From Actinomycetota bacterium (GTDB taxonomy: Bacteria; Actinomycetota; Thermoleophilia; Gaiellales; Gaiellaceae), in assembly GCA_046728975.1 (NCBI GenBank), contig JBKPFU010000073.1, forward strand, positions 5,095 through 69,094: a DNA stretch of 64,000 bases. The letters are read 5' to 3'. Positions within the stretch are counted from its first letter, which is position 1. The number at the start of each line of letters is the position of its first letter. Positions 37,750 through 46,356 of the stretch are shown in pieces. The position numbers and the translations under genes are program-made. Under the pieces are notes generated by a model that ran no database searches, was not told where the DNA came from, and worked only from the letters and a program-made list of their open reading frames with translations.

Positions 37750-38205
37750 CTACCGGCGGAACTGGAGCTCGTGCCAGGACGGCACTGGGGCTACCTCGAG
37801 CAGGGGGCGCTTGCCGTCGGGGTCGAGATACGCGAATTCTCCGACCTCGTCCTCCCACGAGACTTCGATGCGCCCGTCCTTGACGTGGTGGTCGAGCCAC
37901 GCGCCGCGGAAGATGAGCTTGCGAAGCCAGTAGACGAGCGACTCGCCGTCCACGAGCGAAAGCTGCTCCCAATGGCGGGTGAGATAGGTGCCGAGGCCGC
38001 TGCGCGGCTCCTCGATCCGGCCGTCGGCAGCGAGCTCGACGAGATCGTTCGTCTCGTCTTCGTCGAGGTCGTTCGCCTCGATCAGGCCGAGCTTGACCGC
38101 TGCGGCGATCACCCGTTGCTCGAAGTCGTCGACGTTGAAGCTGAAGCGGTACCCGAGGAACTCGACGACATAGTCGTCGCCCGAGTAGTAGTTCGGCTCG
38201 CTCAC
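37750..38205 (-). CDS. Hypothetical acidic protein
   Basis: GTG at 38205 (VSEPNYYSGDDYVVEF...) inside ORF 37750..38496. The upstream part of that ORF is low-complexity A/T/S/R and is not credible. Confidence 0.5.
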   Translation of the reverse strand: MSEPNYYSGDDYVVEFLGYRFSFNVDDFEQRVIAAAVKLGLIEANDLDEDETNDLVELAADGRIEEPRSGLGTYLTRHWEQLSLVDGESLVYWLRKLIFRGAWLDHHVKDGRIEVSWEDEVGEFAYLDPDGKRPLLEVAPVPSWHELQFRR

Positions 38206-38269
38206 GGCGGCAAGGATAACGAGCCGGTCCGGCGGGACTGCTCTCGCCGCGGAGCTAGAGTCGTGACCG

Positions 38270-38554
38270 GTGAGCATGAGAGCGGCAGCGGTTTCAGGGG
38301 CCGTCGTCGGCGCCCTCGTGCTCATCGTGGCGTGGGCGCTCGAGCTGCCGCTCGATCGCGTGACGCTCCTGGCGCCGGTGGTGGTCGTCTGCGCGGCAGC
38401 GGCCGCCGGCCTCGTTGTCTTCTGGGTTCGGGCGGCTCTCGAGTCGCTGCGCGAAGCGCGGCATCCGAGACTGATCATCGCCCTGGGCGCCGCCACCGTC
38501 GTACTTGTCGTGATTCTGACGCTGCTCGGTATCGAATTGCCGCGCGAGCACTAG
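38270..38554 (+). CDS. Small membrane protein (three TM segments)
   Basis: 94 aa, hydrophobic. Starts at GTG 38270 or ATG 38276. Confidence 0.5.
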   Translation: MSMRAAAVSGAVVGALVLIVAWALELPLDRVTLLAPVVVVCAAAAAGLVVFWVRAALESLREARHPRLIIALGAATVVLVVILTLLGIELPREH

Positions 38555-38718
38555 CGCCGTCCCTCCTACGGAGCCCCGGGATCACGTTCGGCGAGACGTC
38601 GCGACGATCAAAATTCGCGCGCCGCCGTACGGCCGCCGTCCCTCCTACGGAGCCTAGGATCACGTTCGGCGGAGCGTCGCGACAATCAAAATTCGCGCGC
38701 CGCGTACGGCCGCCGTCC
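38555..38718 (+). repeat. Tandem direct repeat, 79 nt + 77 nt + 8-nt partial third unit, about 90 percent identical
   Basis: Unit 1 is 38555-38633, unit 2 is 38634-38710, and a cgccgtcc restart is at 38711. Each unit is full of short palindromes (gtcgcgac, ccgtacgg, cccggg or cctagg). Confidence 0.9.
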
Positions 38719-38744
38719 GACTCGGGACCTAACGTTGACTGCCC

Positions 38745-40607
38745 ATGTTCGAGGGCAGTTGGACGATCGAGCCTTGCTCACGCGACGACGCTCGCAGGCT
38801 TGCCGACGCCCTCGACATCAGTGAGACGACGGCTGCCGTCCTCGTGCGGCGCGGCTATGCCGAGCCCGAGGCCGCCCGGAGGTTTCTCGAGGGCGCGGTG
38901 CCGGCGCACGACCCGTTCCTGCTCGGCGACATGGAAGCCGCCTGCCGATCGATCAGGCGCGCGATCGCCGACGGAAAGCGCATCTGCGTCCACGGCGACT
39001 ACGACGCCGACGGGATCTGCGCGACCGCGCTCGCCGTGCTCGGCTTGCGCGAGCTCGGCGCCGATGTGACATGGCACCTGCCGAGCCGCTTCGAGGAGGG
39101 GTACGGCGTCAGCGGCGATACGTTGAGCCGGCTCGCCGAAGAGGGCTGCGCGCTCATAATCACCGTCGACTGCGGGATCACGGCGGTGGAGGAGGTCGAG
39201 CACGCCAAGTCCCTTGGGCTCGAGATCGTCGTGACCGATCACCACCGACCCGGGGAAGCGCTGCCGGACTGCCCAGTCGTGGCGACGCGCCCGTCGAGCT
39301 ATCCCTTCCCTGAGCTTTGCGGCACTGGCGTCGTCTACAAGCTGCTCCAGGCGCTCGGGGTAGCCGCCGAGAAGCACGTGGATCTCGCCGCAGTGGCAAC
39401 CGTCGCCGACGTCGTGCCGCTCCTCGACGAGAACCGCGGGCTGGTGCTCGCCGGCCTCCACGCGCTCGGGACGACACAGAAGCCGGGGCTGCGGGAGCTG
39501 ATGCGGATCTCTCGCGTCGACCCGACGACGGTCGATGCGGGCTCGATCGGCTTCCGGATCGCCCCCCGCCTGAATGCGGCCGGGAGACTGAGCAAGCCCG
39601 AGGCGGCACTCGAGCTTCTGCTCACCGAAGACAAGGAGGAAGCCGCCCGCGTCGCCGGAGAGCTGGAGGAGCTGAACCGCGACCGGCAGACGATCGAGGA
39701 GCGGATCCTGCGCGAGGCGACCGAGGAGATCGAAGGCTGGACCGATGCCGCGCGCCGCCGGCGCGCGTATGTGCTCGCCCGCGAGGACTGGCACGAGGGC
39801 GTGATCGGGATCGTCGCGTCGCGGCTGGTCGAGCGCTACAACCGCCCGGTCGTCCTGGTCGCCGGCACGGACGGCCACTGGAAGGGCTCCGGCCGCTCGA
39901 TCGCCGGATTCGACCTCCACGACGGGCTACAGCACTGCACCGACGAGCTCGAGCGGCACGGAGGTCATGCTGCCGCGGCGGGCCTGTCCGTCCGCCCGGA
40001 ACGCATCGACGGCTTCCGCGAGCGTTTCGTCTCGCTTGCAGATGCGACCCTCACCGAGGACGCGCTCGTGCCGCGGGTTTCGGTGGACGCGCTTGTCCAC
40101 GGGCACGAGCTGACGCTCGAGCTCTGCGCCGAGCTTTCGCGCCTGGCGCCGTTCGGGCTCGGGAACCCGAACGTCACGCTGCTGCTCGCGGGCTGCGAGC
40201 TCGCGGAGCTCGTTACGGTCGGCGAAGGCAAGCACCTGCGCTTCCGGGTCAAGGCCGACGCGCGCGATGCGGGGAGCGCGATCGCCTTCGGGCAGGGCCG
40301 CCAGCTCGATCGTCTCCGCCGCGTCGGTGCCTACGACGTGGCCTTCCGGCTCGAGGAGAACCACTGGAACGGCACGGTCGCGCCGCAGCTCGTCGTCAGG
40401 CGTGTCTTCGACGCGAACCCGCGCTACAGCGACCTGCGGGAGTGGCTCAAGGGCGAATGGCGAAAGCCCGCTGCCGAGCGCTCAGCGGAGGCGCACGCGA
40501 TCTTCGCCGAGCTCGGCCTTGCCGAGGGAGCCGCCAGGGCACACCTCTTCGACTCCCCGCGGTTCCGTGGGCTCCTGTCCGAGGAGCCGTTGGCCGAAGC
40601 CGCGTAA
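38745..40607 (+). CDS. recJ: Single-stranded-DNA-specific exonuclease RecJ
   Basis: 620 aa. DHH family motifs HGDYDADG, TVDCG and VTDHH, followed by a DHHA1 region. Confidence 0.9.
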   Translation: MFEGSWTIEPCSRDDARRLADALDISETTAAVLVRRGYAEPEAARRFLEGAVPAHDPFLLGDMEAACRSIRRAIADGKRICVHGDYDADGICATALAVLGLRELGADVTWHLPSRFEEGYGVSGDTLSRLAEEGCALIITVDCGITAVEEVEHAKSLGLEIVVTDHHRPGEALPDCPVVATRPSSYPFPELCGTGVVYKLLQALGVAAEKHVDLAAVATVADVVPLLDENRGLVLAGLHALGTTQKPGLRELMRISRVDPTTVDAGSIGFRIAPRLNAAGRLSKPEAALELLLTEDKEEAARVAGELEELNRDRQTIEERILREATEEIEGWTDAARRRRAYVLAREDWHEGVIGIVASRLVERYNRPVVLVAGTDGHWKGSGRSIAGFDLHDGLQHCTDELERHGGHAAAAGLSVRPERIDGFRERFVSLADATLTEDALVPRVSVDALVHGHELTLELCAELSRLAPFGLGNPNVTLLLAGCELAELVTVGEGKHLRFRVKADARDAGSAIAFGQGRQLDRLRRVGAYDVAFRLEENHWNGTVAPQLVVRRVFDANPRYSDLREWLKGEWRKPAAERSAEAHAIFAELGLAEGAARAHLFDSPRFRGLLSEEPLAEAA

Positions 40608-40873
40608 GGAGCGCCTAGCGGGTGCTGAGTCCCGCGCGGTAGACCCGCCGCGGGCGCCACGGGCGCGCCGCGCGCGCTGCGTCGTCGAGCGAGACGAGCA
40701 GCCGCACGAGCGCGGCTTCTTTGCGTTGGATGCGGCGCAGTTTGCGCATAGGCGTGACTCGTTCTTCGGCAGAACGAAGGCTCCTGCTTAAGGGATTCGT
40801 AGCGGCTCCGTCGGTTGGACATGCCCCAATTTGGGCCAGATTTGGCTTCAGAGGCCGGGAGTACACTGTGTTC

Positions 40874-43075
40874 ATGACCGTTCTCGAGGCCGGCGAGAAG
40901 CATCAGGAGCTTCTGGCGGAGCTGATCGCCGATGTCTCGGCGTACAACCCGGATCTCGACAAAGACCTGCTCACGCGGGCATTTACGTTCGCGGCGCGCG
41001 CCCATGAGGGCCAGCAGCGGCGGTCCGGCGAGGATTTCATCCAGCACCCGTGGTCGGTCGCAAAGATCTGCGCCGAGCTGCGGCTCGACGAGCAGACGAT
41101 CGCCGCTGCGTTGCTGCACGACGTGGTCGAGGACACGGACACCGACTCCAAGGAGCTCCGGGCAGAGTTCGGCGACGAGATCGCGCAGCTTGTCGAGGGC
41201 GTCACAAAGCTGACGCGGATTCAGTTCCAAAGCCGCGAACAGGCCGAGGCCGAGAACTACCGGAAGATGATCGTGGCGATGGCCGAGGACCCTCGGGTGA
41301 TGCTGATCAAGCTCGCCGACCGCCTGCACAACATGCGCGCGATCGAGTACCTGGGCAAGCAGAAGCAGCTGCAGAAGGCGCGGGAGACGCTCGAGGTCTA
41401 CGCCCCGCTGGCGCACCGGCTCGGGATCCACGCGATGAAGTGGGAGCTCGAGGACCTCGCGTTCGAGCGCCTGCACCCACGCAAATACGACGAGATCAAG
41501 ACGATGGTCGCCGAGCGGCGCGCCGAGCGCGAGGAGCGCGTGAACGAGGCGGCGGCCGTACTGCAGAAGGAGCTCGAGAAAGTCGACATCCCGGCCGAGA
41601 TCTCGGGCCGCGCAAAGCACTTCTTCTCGATCTACGACAAGATGACCAAGAAGGGCCGCGAGTTCAACGAGATCTACGACCTGACGGCGCTGCGCGTGAT
41701 CGTCGAGCGCTCAGGCGACGAGGGCACGCGCGACTGCTACGGAGCGCTCGGCCTGATCCATGCACTTTGGAAGCCCATGCCCGGCCGCTTCAAGGACTAC
41801 ATCGCGATGCCGAAGGTGAACGGCTATCGCGCGCTACACACGACCGTGATCGGGCCGCAGGGTGTCCCGCTCGAGATCCAGGTGCGGACGCGCGAGATGC
41901 ACCGGACCGCCGAGCTCGGGATCGCTGCGCACTGGCGGTTCGACAAGCGGGGCCGCAAGGTCGCCGACGACGAGTGGCTCGAGTGGGTCAAGCAGCTGAC
42001 GGACTCGGCCAAGGACGAGGCAGACCCGCTCGAGTTCATGAAGGCGACGCAGCGCGACTTCTTCGACGAGGAGGTCTTCGTCTTCACGCCGAAAGGCGAG
42101 CTGAAGACGCTGCCGGCCGGCGCCACTCCCATCGACTTCGCATATGCGGTGCACACGGACGTCGGCCACCGTACCGTCGGCGCCAAGATCAACGGCCGGA
42201 TCGTCCCGCTCCACTACCGCCTGAAGAGCGGCGACCGAGTCGAGATCCTGACCTCGAAGGCGGGCCGGGGCCCGTCGCGCGACTGGCTCTCGCTCGCTGC
42301 CTCCTCTCGCGCACGGAACAAGATCCGCCAGTGGTTCTCGCGCGAGACGCGTGAGGAGACCGAGAAGAAGGGCCGTGACGCGCTCGAGGAGGCGCTGAAG
42401 AAGCAGAAGCTGCCGTACCGGAAGATCGCCGGCTCGCCGCTCCTCGCGCAGGTGATCCGGGAGGCCGGCTTCAAGAAGGCGGAGGACTTCTACGTCGCGC
42501 TCGGCGCCGGCAAGCTCCAGCCCGGCCACATCGTCAACAAGGTGCTTCAGGGGCTGAAGACGACCGAGGTCGCGGCGGAGGAGGCCGTCCCGAAGGCTCC
42601 GAAGGCGCGGCGCGCAACCCCCGGCGACGCGCTCGGGATCAAGGTCAAGGGCGTCGAGGACGTCCTCGTCCGTCTCGCCAAGTGCTGCACGCCGGTCCCG
42701 GGCGACGAGATCGTCGGCTACATCTCTCTCGGCAAGGGGATCACGATCCACCGCGCCGACTGCTCCAACGTGAAGGCGCTGAAGCGAAACCCGGAGCGGT
42801 TCACGACCGTCGACTGGGACGGCGGCGCCAGCCAGAGCTTCCGCGTCCAGATCGCGGTCGACTCCTGGGATCGCCCGCGCCTCCTGGAGGACGTTGCCCG
42901 AACGTTCGCCGAGCACGGCGCCAACATCGTCGAGTATGGCGGTCACGTCGACGACCAGCTCGCCAAGAACTGGTACGTCGCCGAGGTCGGGGATGTGAAG
43001 TCACTGCGCGGCCTGCTGACGGCGCTCCGCAACGTCGACGCCGTCTTCGACGCCTACCGCGTCACGCCGTCATAG
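40874..43075 (+). CDS. relA: Bifunctional (p)ppGpp synthetase/hydrolase RelA/SpoT (Rel)
   Basis: ATG at 40874 (or GTG at 40868) inside ORF 40721..43075. HD motif LLHDVVEDT, synthetase block DYIAMPKVNGYRALHT, and TGS and ACT regions. Confidence 0.95.
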   Translation: MTVLEAGEKHQELLAELIADVSAYNPDLDKDLLTRAFTFAARAHEGQQRRSGEDFIQHPWSVAKICAELRLDEQTIAAALLHDVVEDTDTDSKELRAEFGDEIAQLVEGVTKLTRIQFQSREQAEAENYRKMIVAMAEDPRVMLIKLADRLHNMRAIEYLGKQKQLQKARETLEVYAPLAHRLGIHAMKWELEDLAFERLHPRKYDEIKTMVAERRAEREERVNEAAAVLQKELEKVDIPAEISGRAKHFFSIYDKMTKKGREFNEIYDLTALRVIVERSGDEGTRDCYGALGLIHALWKPMPGRFKDYIAMPKVNGYRALHTTVIGPQGVPLEIQVRTREMHRTAELGIAAHWRFDKRGRKVADDEWLEWVKQLTDSAKDEADPLEFMKATQRDFFDEEVFVFTPKGELKTLPAGATPIDFAYAVHTDVGHRTVGAKINGRIVPLHYRLKSGDRVEILTSKAGRGPSRDWLSLAASSRARNKIRQWFSRETREETEKKGRDALEEALKKQKLPYRKIAGSPLLAQVIREAGFKKAEDFYVALGAGKLQPGHIVNKVLQGLKTTEVAAEEAVPKAPKARRATPGDALGIKVKGVEDVLVRLAKCCTPVPGDEIVGYISLGKGITIHRADCSNVKALKRNPERFTTVDWDGGASQSFRVQIAVDSWDRPRLLEDVARTFAEHGANIVEYGGHVDDQLAKNWYVAEVGDVKSLRGLLTALRNVDAVFDAYRVTPS

Positions 43076-43821
43076 CCGAGCCGATTCATCCCGTCGCGCT
43101 CGGGTTCAGCGCCGCCGCCGACGCGTACGAGCGCGGCCGGCCGGACTATCCGCAGGACGCGATCGACTGGCTGAGCCGCCGTCTCGGTCTCGCCCCCGGG
43201 AAAACCGTGGTCGACCTTGCGGCCGGCACCGGCAAGCTGACCCAGCAGCTCGTCCCGACGGGCGCCACGGTGATTGCGGTGGAGCCGCTCGACGAGATGC
43301 GGGCAAAGCTCGAGCAGGCGCTGCCGGACGTCGAGGCGCTGTCGGGAACGGCCGAATCGATGCCGCTTCCGGGCGCGTCCGCCGACGGCGTCACGGTCGG
43401 CCAGGCGTTCCACTGGTTCGACGTTGACGCGGCGCTCGCGGAGATCCATCGCGTTCTGCGCGCGGGCGGCGCGCTGGCCCTGATCTGGAACAGCCGCTCG
43501 GTCGACGATCCTCTGCACGAGGCGATCGACGAGCTCCTCGCGCCGTACCGGCAAGAGACCCCGAGCGAGCGGGAGCGCCGCTGGCGGGGAGAATTCGAGC
43601 GCTCGCCGCTGTTCGGGCCGCTGGAGGAATGGACGTTCCCGCACGTGCAGCGGGTCGATCGGCAGGGCCTCGCGGACCGCTTCGCCTCGGTTAGCTTCAT
43701 CGCTGCGCTGCCAGAAGACGAGCGCTCCGAACTGCTCGAAAAGCTCGTCGCGCTCGCCGGCGATCGGGAGGTCGTGGACCTTCCCTACAACACGGACGTC
43801 TTCGTAGCCACACGCATGTAG
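43072..43821 (+). CDS. Class I SAM-dependent methyltransferase (start codon uncertain)
   Basis: Motif I VVDLAAGTGKLT and motif post-I VIAVEP. The conserved N-terminal region (HPVALGFSAAADAYERGRPDYP) has no ATG/GTG/TTG. ATA at 43072 overlaps the relA TAG. Confidence 0.7.
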   Translation: MAEPIHPVALGFSAAADAYERGRPDYPQDAIDWLSRRLGLAPGKTVVDLAAGTGKLTQQLVPTGATVIAVEPLDEMRAKLEQALPDVEALSGTAESMPLPGASADGVTVGQAFHWFDVDAALAEIHRVLRAGGALALIWNSRSVDDPLHEAIDELLAPYRQETPSERERRWRGEFERSPLFGPLEEWTFPHVQRVDRQGLADRFASVSFIAALPEDERSELLEKLVALAGDREVVDLPYNTDVFVATRM

Positions 43822-43859
43822 GAAAGCGTGGTTCGTCGGCCGCGGCGAACCATTCGGAC

Positions 43860-43913
43860 CCCTCGAACGAGGGATGATCGTTCGAACGGGCGGGGTACCT
43901 CGAACGAGGGATG
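43860..43913. promoter_or_regulatory. Array of three TCGAACG-core palindromes upstream of the metalloprotease-like gene
   Basis: ccctcgaacgaggg (43860-43873), cgttcgaacg (43879-43888), cctcgaacgagg (43898-43909). The 16-nt direct repeat cctcgaacgagggatg occurs at 43861 and 43898. Confidence 0.45.
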
Positions 43914-44097
43914 GCGCGCCGCTCGGATGCGACTACAACGAGACGTAGGGGAGAGGGTCCACGCAAAAGCTGCGGCGCCCGTCCTTCGTCTTCGAGGACG
44001 GCGAGGGCGGGCGCCCGGCGCGTGGTGCGGCCCATTGACAACGTTCGCCGATCGTTCCAGACTTCGTGCGCCGCAGTCCCCTACGAGGAGAGGGTCA

Positions 44098-44823
44098 ATG
44101 AAACGACTTGCTCTTGCCGTCGCGCTCGCGTGCGCAGCCGCCGCGGTCGCCGTCTCGCCGGCGCTGGCGAACCATTCGTGGAACGGCTACCACTGGGCGC
44201 GAACGGCGAACCCGTTCACGGTTCGGGTCGGCGACAACGTCTCGTCGAGCTGGGACCCGTACCTGGCGACGACGTCGACCGACTGGTCGAGGTCGAGCGT
44301 GCTCGATGCCCCGATCGTGGCCGGCCGAGCCAGGAACAAGAACTGTCGCCCGACGAGCGGGCGCATCGAGGTTTGCAACGGCGCCTACGGCCAGAACGGC
44401 TGGCTCGGCATCGCGCAGATCTGGCTCTCCGGAAGCCACATCGTCCAGGGCACGACGAAGGTGAACGACACCTACTTCGGGCTACCGGCGTACAACAACT
44501 CGGCGGAGAAGCAGCACGTGATGTGCCAGGAGGTGGGTCACGACTTCGGGCTCGACCATCAGGACGAATCCGGAATCTCGTTGAACACCTGCATGGACTA
44601 CTACCACAACACCAGCAGCTCGGACACGAAGTCGACGCACCCGAATCAGCACGACTACGACCAGCTCGAGGCCATCTACAGCCATCTCGATTCGACCTCG
44701 ACCGTCGGGGGCGCGGCAGCCGCCCTTCTCGGCCTACCGAGCCACGAGTCGACGTTCACCGCGAATCTGCGCGGCGGCTACAAGCTGATCACGATCGTCC
44801 ACTGGACGAACGCATACGTGTAG
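44098..44823 (+). CDS. Secreted metzincin-like protein with variant QExxHxxGxxH motif
   Basis: ATG at 44098 after gaggagaggg. Signal peptide MKRLALAVALACAAAAVAVSPALA. Motif VMCQEVGHDFGLDHQDE. Confidence 0.7.
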   Translation: MKRLALAVALACAAAAVAVSPALANHSWNGYHWARTANPFTVRVGDNVSSSWDPYLATTSTDWSRSSVLDAPIVAGRARNKNCRPTSGRIEVCNGAYGQNGWLGIAQIWLSGSHIVQGTTKVNDTYFGLPAYNNSAEKQHVMCQEVGHDFGLDHQDESGISLNTCMDYYHNTSSSDTKSTHPNQHDYDQLEAIYSHLDSTSTVGGAAAALLGLPSHESTFTANLRGGYKLITIVHWTNAYV

Positions 44824-44866
44824 GAGCGATCTACGGCGGCGGGCCTCCAGGTGGGCTCGCCGCCGC

Positions 44867-45337
44867 CTAACGAGGCACCGCGAGCTCTAGGTCTTCGCCC
44901 TCGAACGCCCGGATCGCCTCCTTGTACCAGTCGGGAATCGGGGCGGCGCGGCGCTCTTCGAGATCGATGAGCACCAGTGTCTGCGTCGCGGTCACCATCA
45001 GCACGTCGTCTTCGACGCGGTAGGTGGCGAGCTCATAGGTCGCGCTCGTCCGCCCGATGCGCGCGATCCGGATGAAGACCTCCAGGAGGTCGTCGAATAC
45101 GGCCGGGGCGAAGTAGTCGACCGTCGAAGCGCGCATCACGAACTGGCGCTCGCCCGCGTGCTCCGGCAGCAGGCCCAGATGGCGGTGGTACTCGACGCGA
45201 GCCGTATCGAAGTAGGGCATGTAGCGCCCGTAGTAGACGATCCCCTGCGCATCGGTGTCCGAGAAGCCGACCCGCGTGAACGCGGACAGCTTGAAGGGCG
45301 GCTTGCGATCGGTTTCCTGCCCGAGCTCGAGCGTCAC
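44867..45337 (-). CDS. 4HBT/YbgC-type acyl-CoA thioesterase
   Basis: 156 aa. DTDAQGIVYYGRYMPYFDTARVEY hotdog motif. GTGA overlap with the upstream gene. Confidence 0.8.
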   Translation of the reverse strand: MTLELGQETDRKPPFKLSAFTRVGFSDTDAQGIVYYGRYMPYFDTARVEYHRHLGLLPEHAGERQFVMRASTVDYFAPAVFDDLLEVFIRIARIGRTSATYELATYRVEDDVLMVTATQTLVLIDLEERRAAPIPDWYKEAIRAFEGEDLELAVPR

Positions 45338-46356
45338 CGGTGCAGGACCTCAGTGAGGGTCTCGGCATCGAGCCCGTAGACGGTCGCACCGCCACGGCCC
45401 GTCATCGTCTCGGCCGCGAGCAGCGCGTTCACGATCGCCTCCTCGGTCCCCTCGATCGCAGCGTAGAAGAGCCCGTTCATCCGCTCGTTCGGCAGCATCG
45501 CCAGAGGAACGGTCCCGTGGTCGGCGCCGAGACCCTCGTTTCCGGTGGCGAACGCGAGGATGAAGTCGCCGCTCGAGTCCTCGCCGGCGCTGCCGGTTCG
45601 CCCGATCCCGAGCGCGCACCTCTGCGCCAGCCTCTCGCACTGGTGCGCGAGGAGCGGCGCATCGGTTGCAGCGACGACGATGATCGATCCGGCGCCGGCG
45701 TCTTCTCGCGGCGGCAGTGGAACCACGTCCTTCCCGAGCCGTTGCCCGACGGGGACGCCGTCGATCTGCAGTCGGTCGCGGCGGCCGTGGTTCGCCTGGA
45801 CGAGCACGCCGACAGTGAACGCGTCCACCACGCGAGAGGCCGTTCCGATCCCGCCTTTGAACCCGTGCGAGATCATCCCGGTCCCGCCCCCGACCGCTCC
45901 CTCGGCGACGGGGCCGTCGGAGGCTTCGTCCAGTGCGGCAAAGACGTGCTCGCTTCGGACGTGCATCCGGGCGATGTCGTTGAGCAGGCCGTCGTACGTC
46001 TCGCCGACGACCGGCAGATGCCACTCGGCGCGGCTCTCCTTGGCCGCCGCTGAGACGAGCGCGTCGCGGACGACGCCGACCGAGAAGGTGTTCGTGATCG
46101 CGATCGGCGTCGTAAGGAAGCCAGACTCCCGGATCCACTCGAGCCCTGTCACCTCGCCGTTGCCGTTCAGGCGGTGCGCGGCCGCGAACCAGCGCTCGCC
46201 GGCTGTGCCCGGCACGATGACGGTGACTCCGGTGCGCACGTCGTCCCCCTCGACGAGGGTCGTGTGGCCGACGCGCACTCCGGCGACATCGGTGATCGCG
46301 TTCAGCGGGCCCGCCTCGAGCGAGCCGATCTCGATCCCGAGCTCGCGCGCTCTCAC
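45334..46356 (-). CDS. DmpA/P1 (S58) family aminopeptidase
   Basis: GTG at 46356 forms a GTGA overlap with the PMM stop. Blocks NAITDVAGVRVGHTT and GGGTGMISHGFKGGIGTAS. Confidence 0.8.
   Translation of the reverse strand: MRARELGIEIGSLEAGPLNAITDVAGVRVGHTTLVEGDDVRTGVTVIVPGTAGERWFAAAHRLNGNGEVTGLEWIRESGFLTTPIAITNTFSVGVVRDALVSAAAKESRAEWHLPVVGETYDGLLNDIARMHVRSEHVFAALDEASDGPVAEGAVGGGTGMISHGFKGGIGTASRVVDAFTVGVLVQANHGRRDRLQIDGVPVGQRLGKDVVPLPPREDAGAGSIIVVAATDAPLLAHQCERLAQRCALGIGRTGSAGEDSSGDFILAFATGNEGLGADHGTVPLAMLPNERMNGLFYAAIEGTEEAIVNALLAAETMTGRGGATVYGLDAETLTEVLHR

Noticed and set aside
38555-38718. CRISPR array
   Set aside because: There are only 2.1 directly abutting units with no spacers. The unit length (~79 nt) is wrong for CRISPR repeats, and no cas genes are present.
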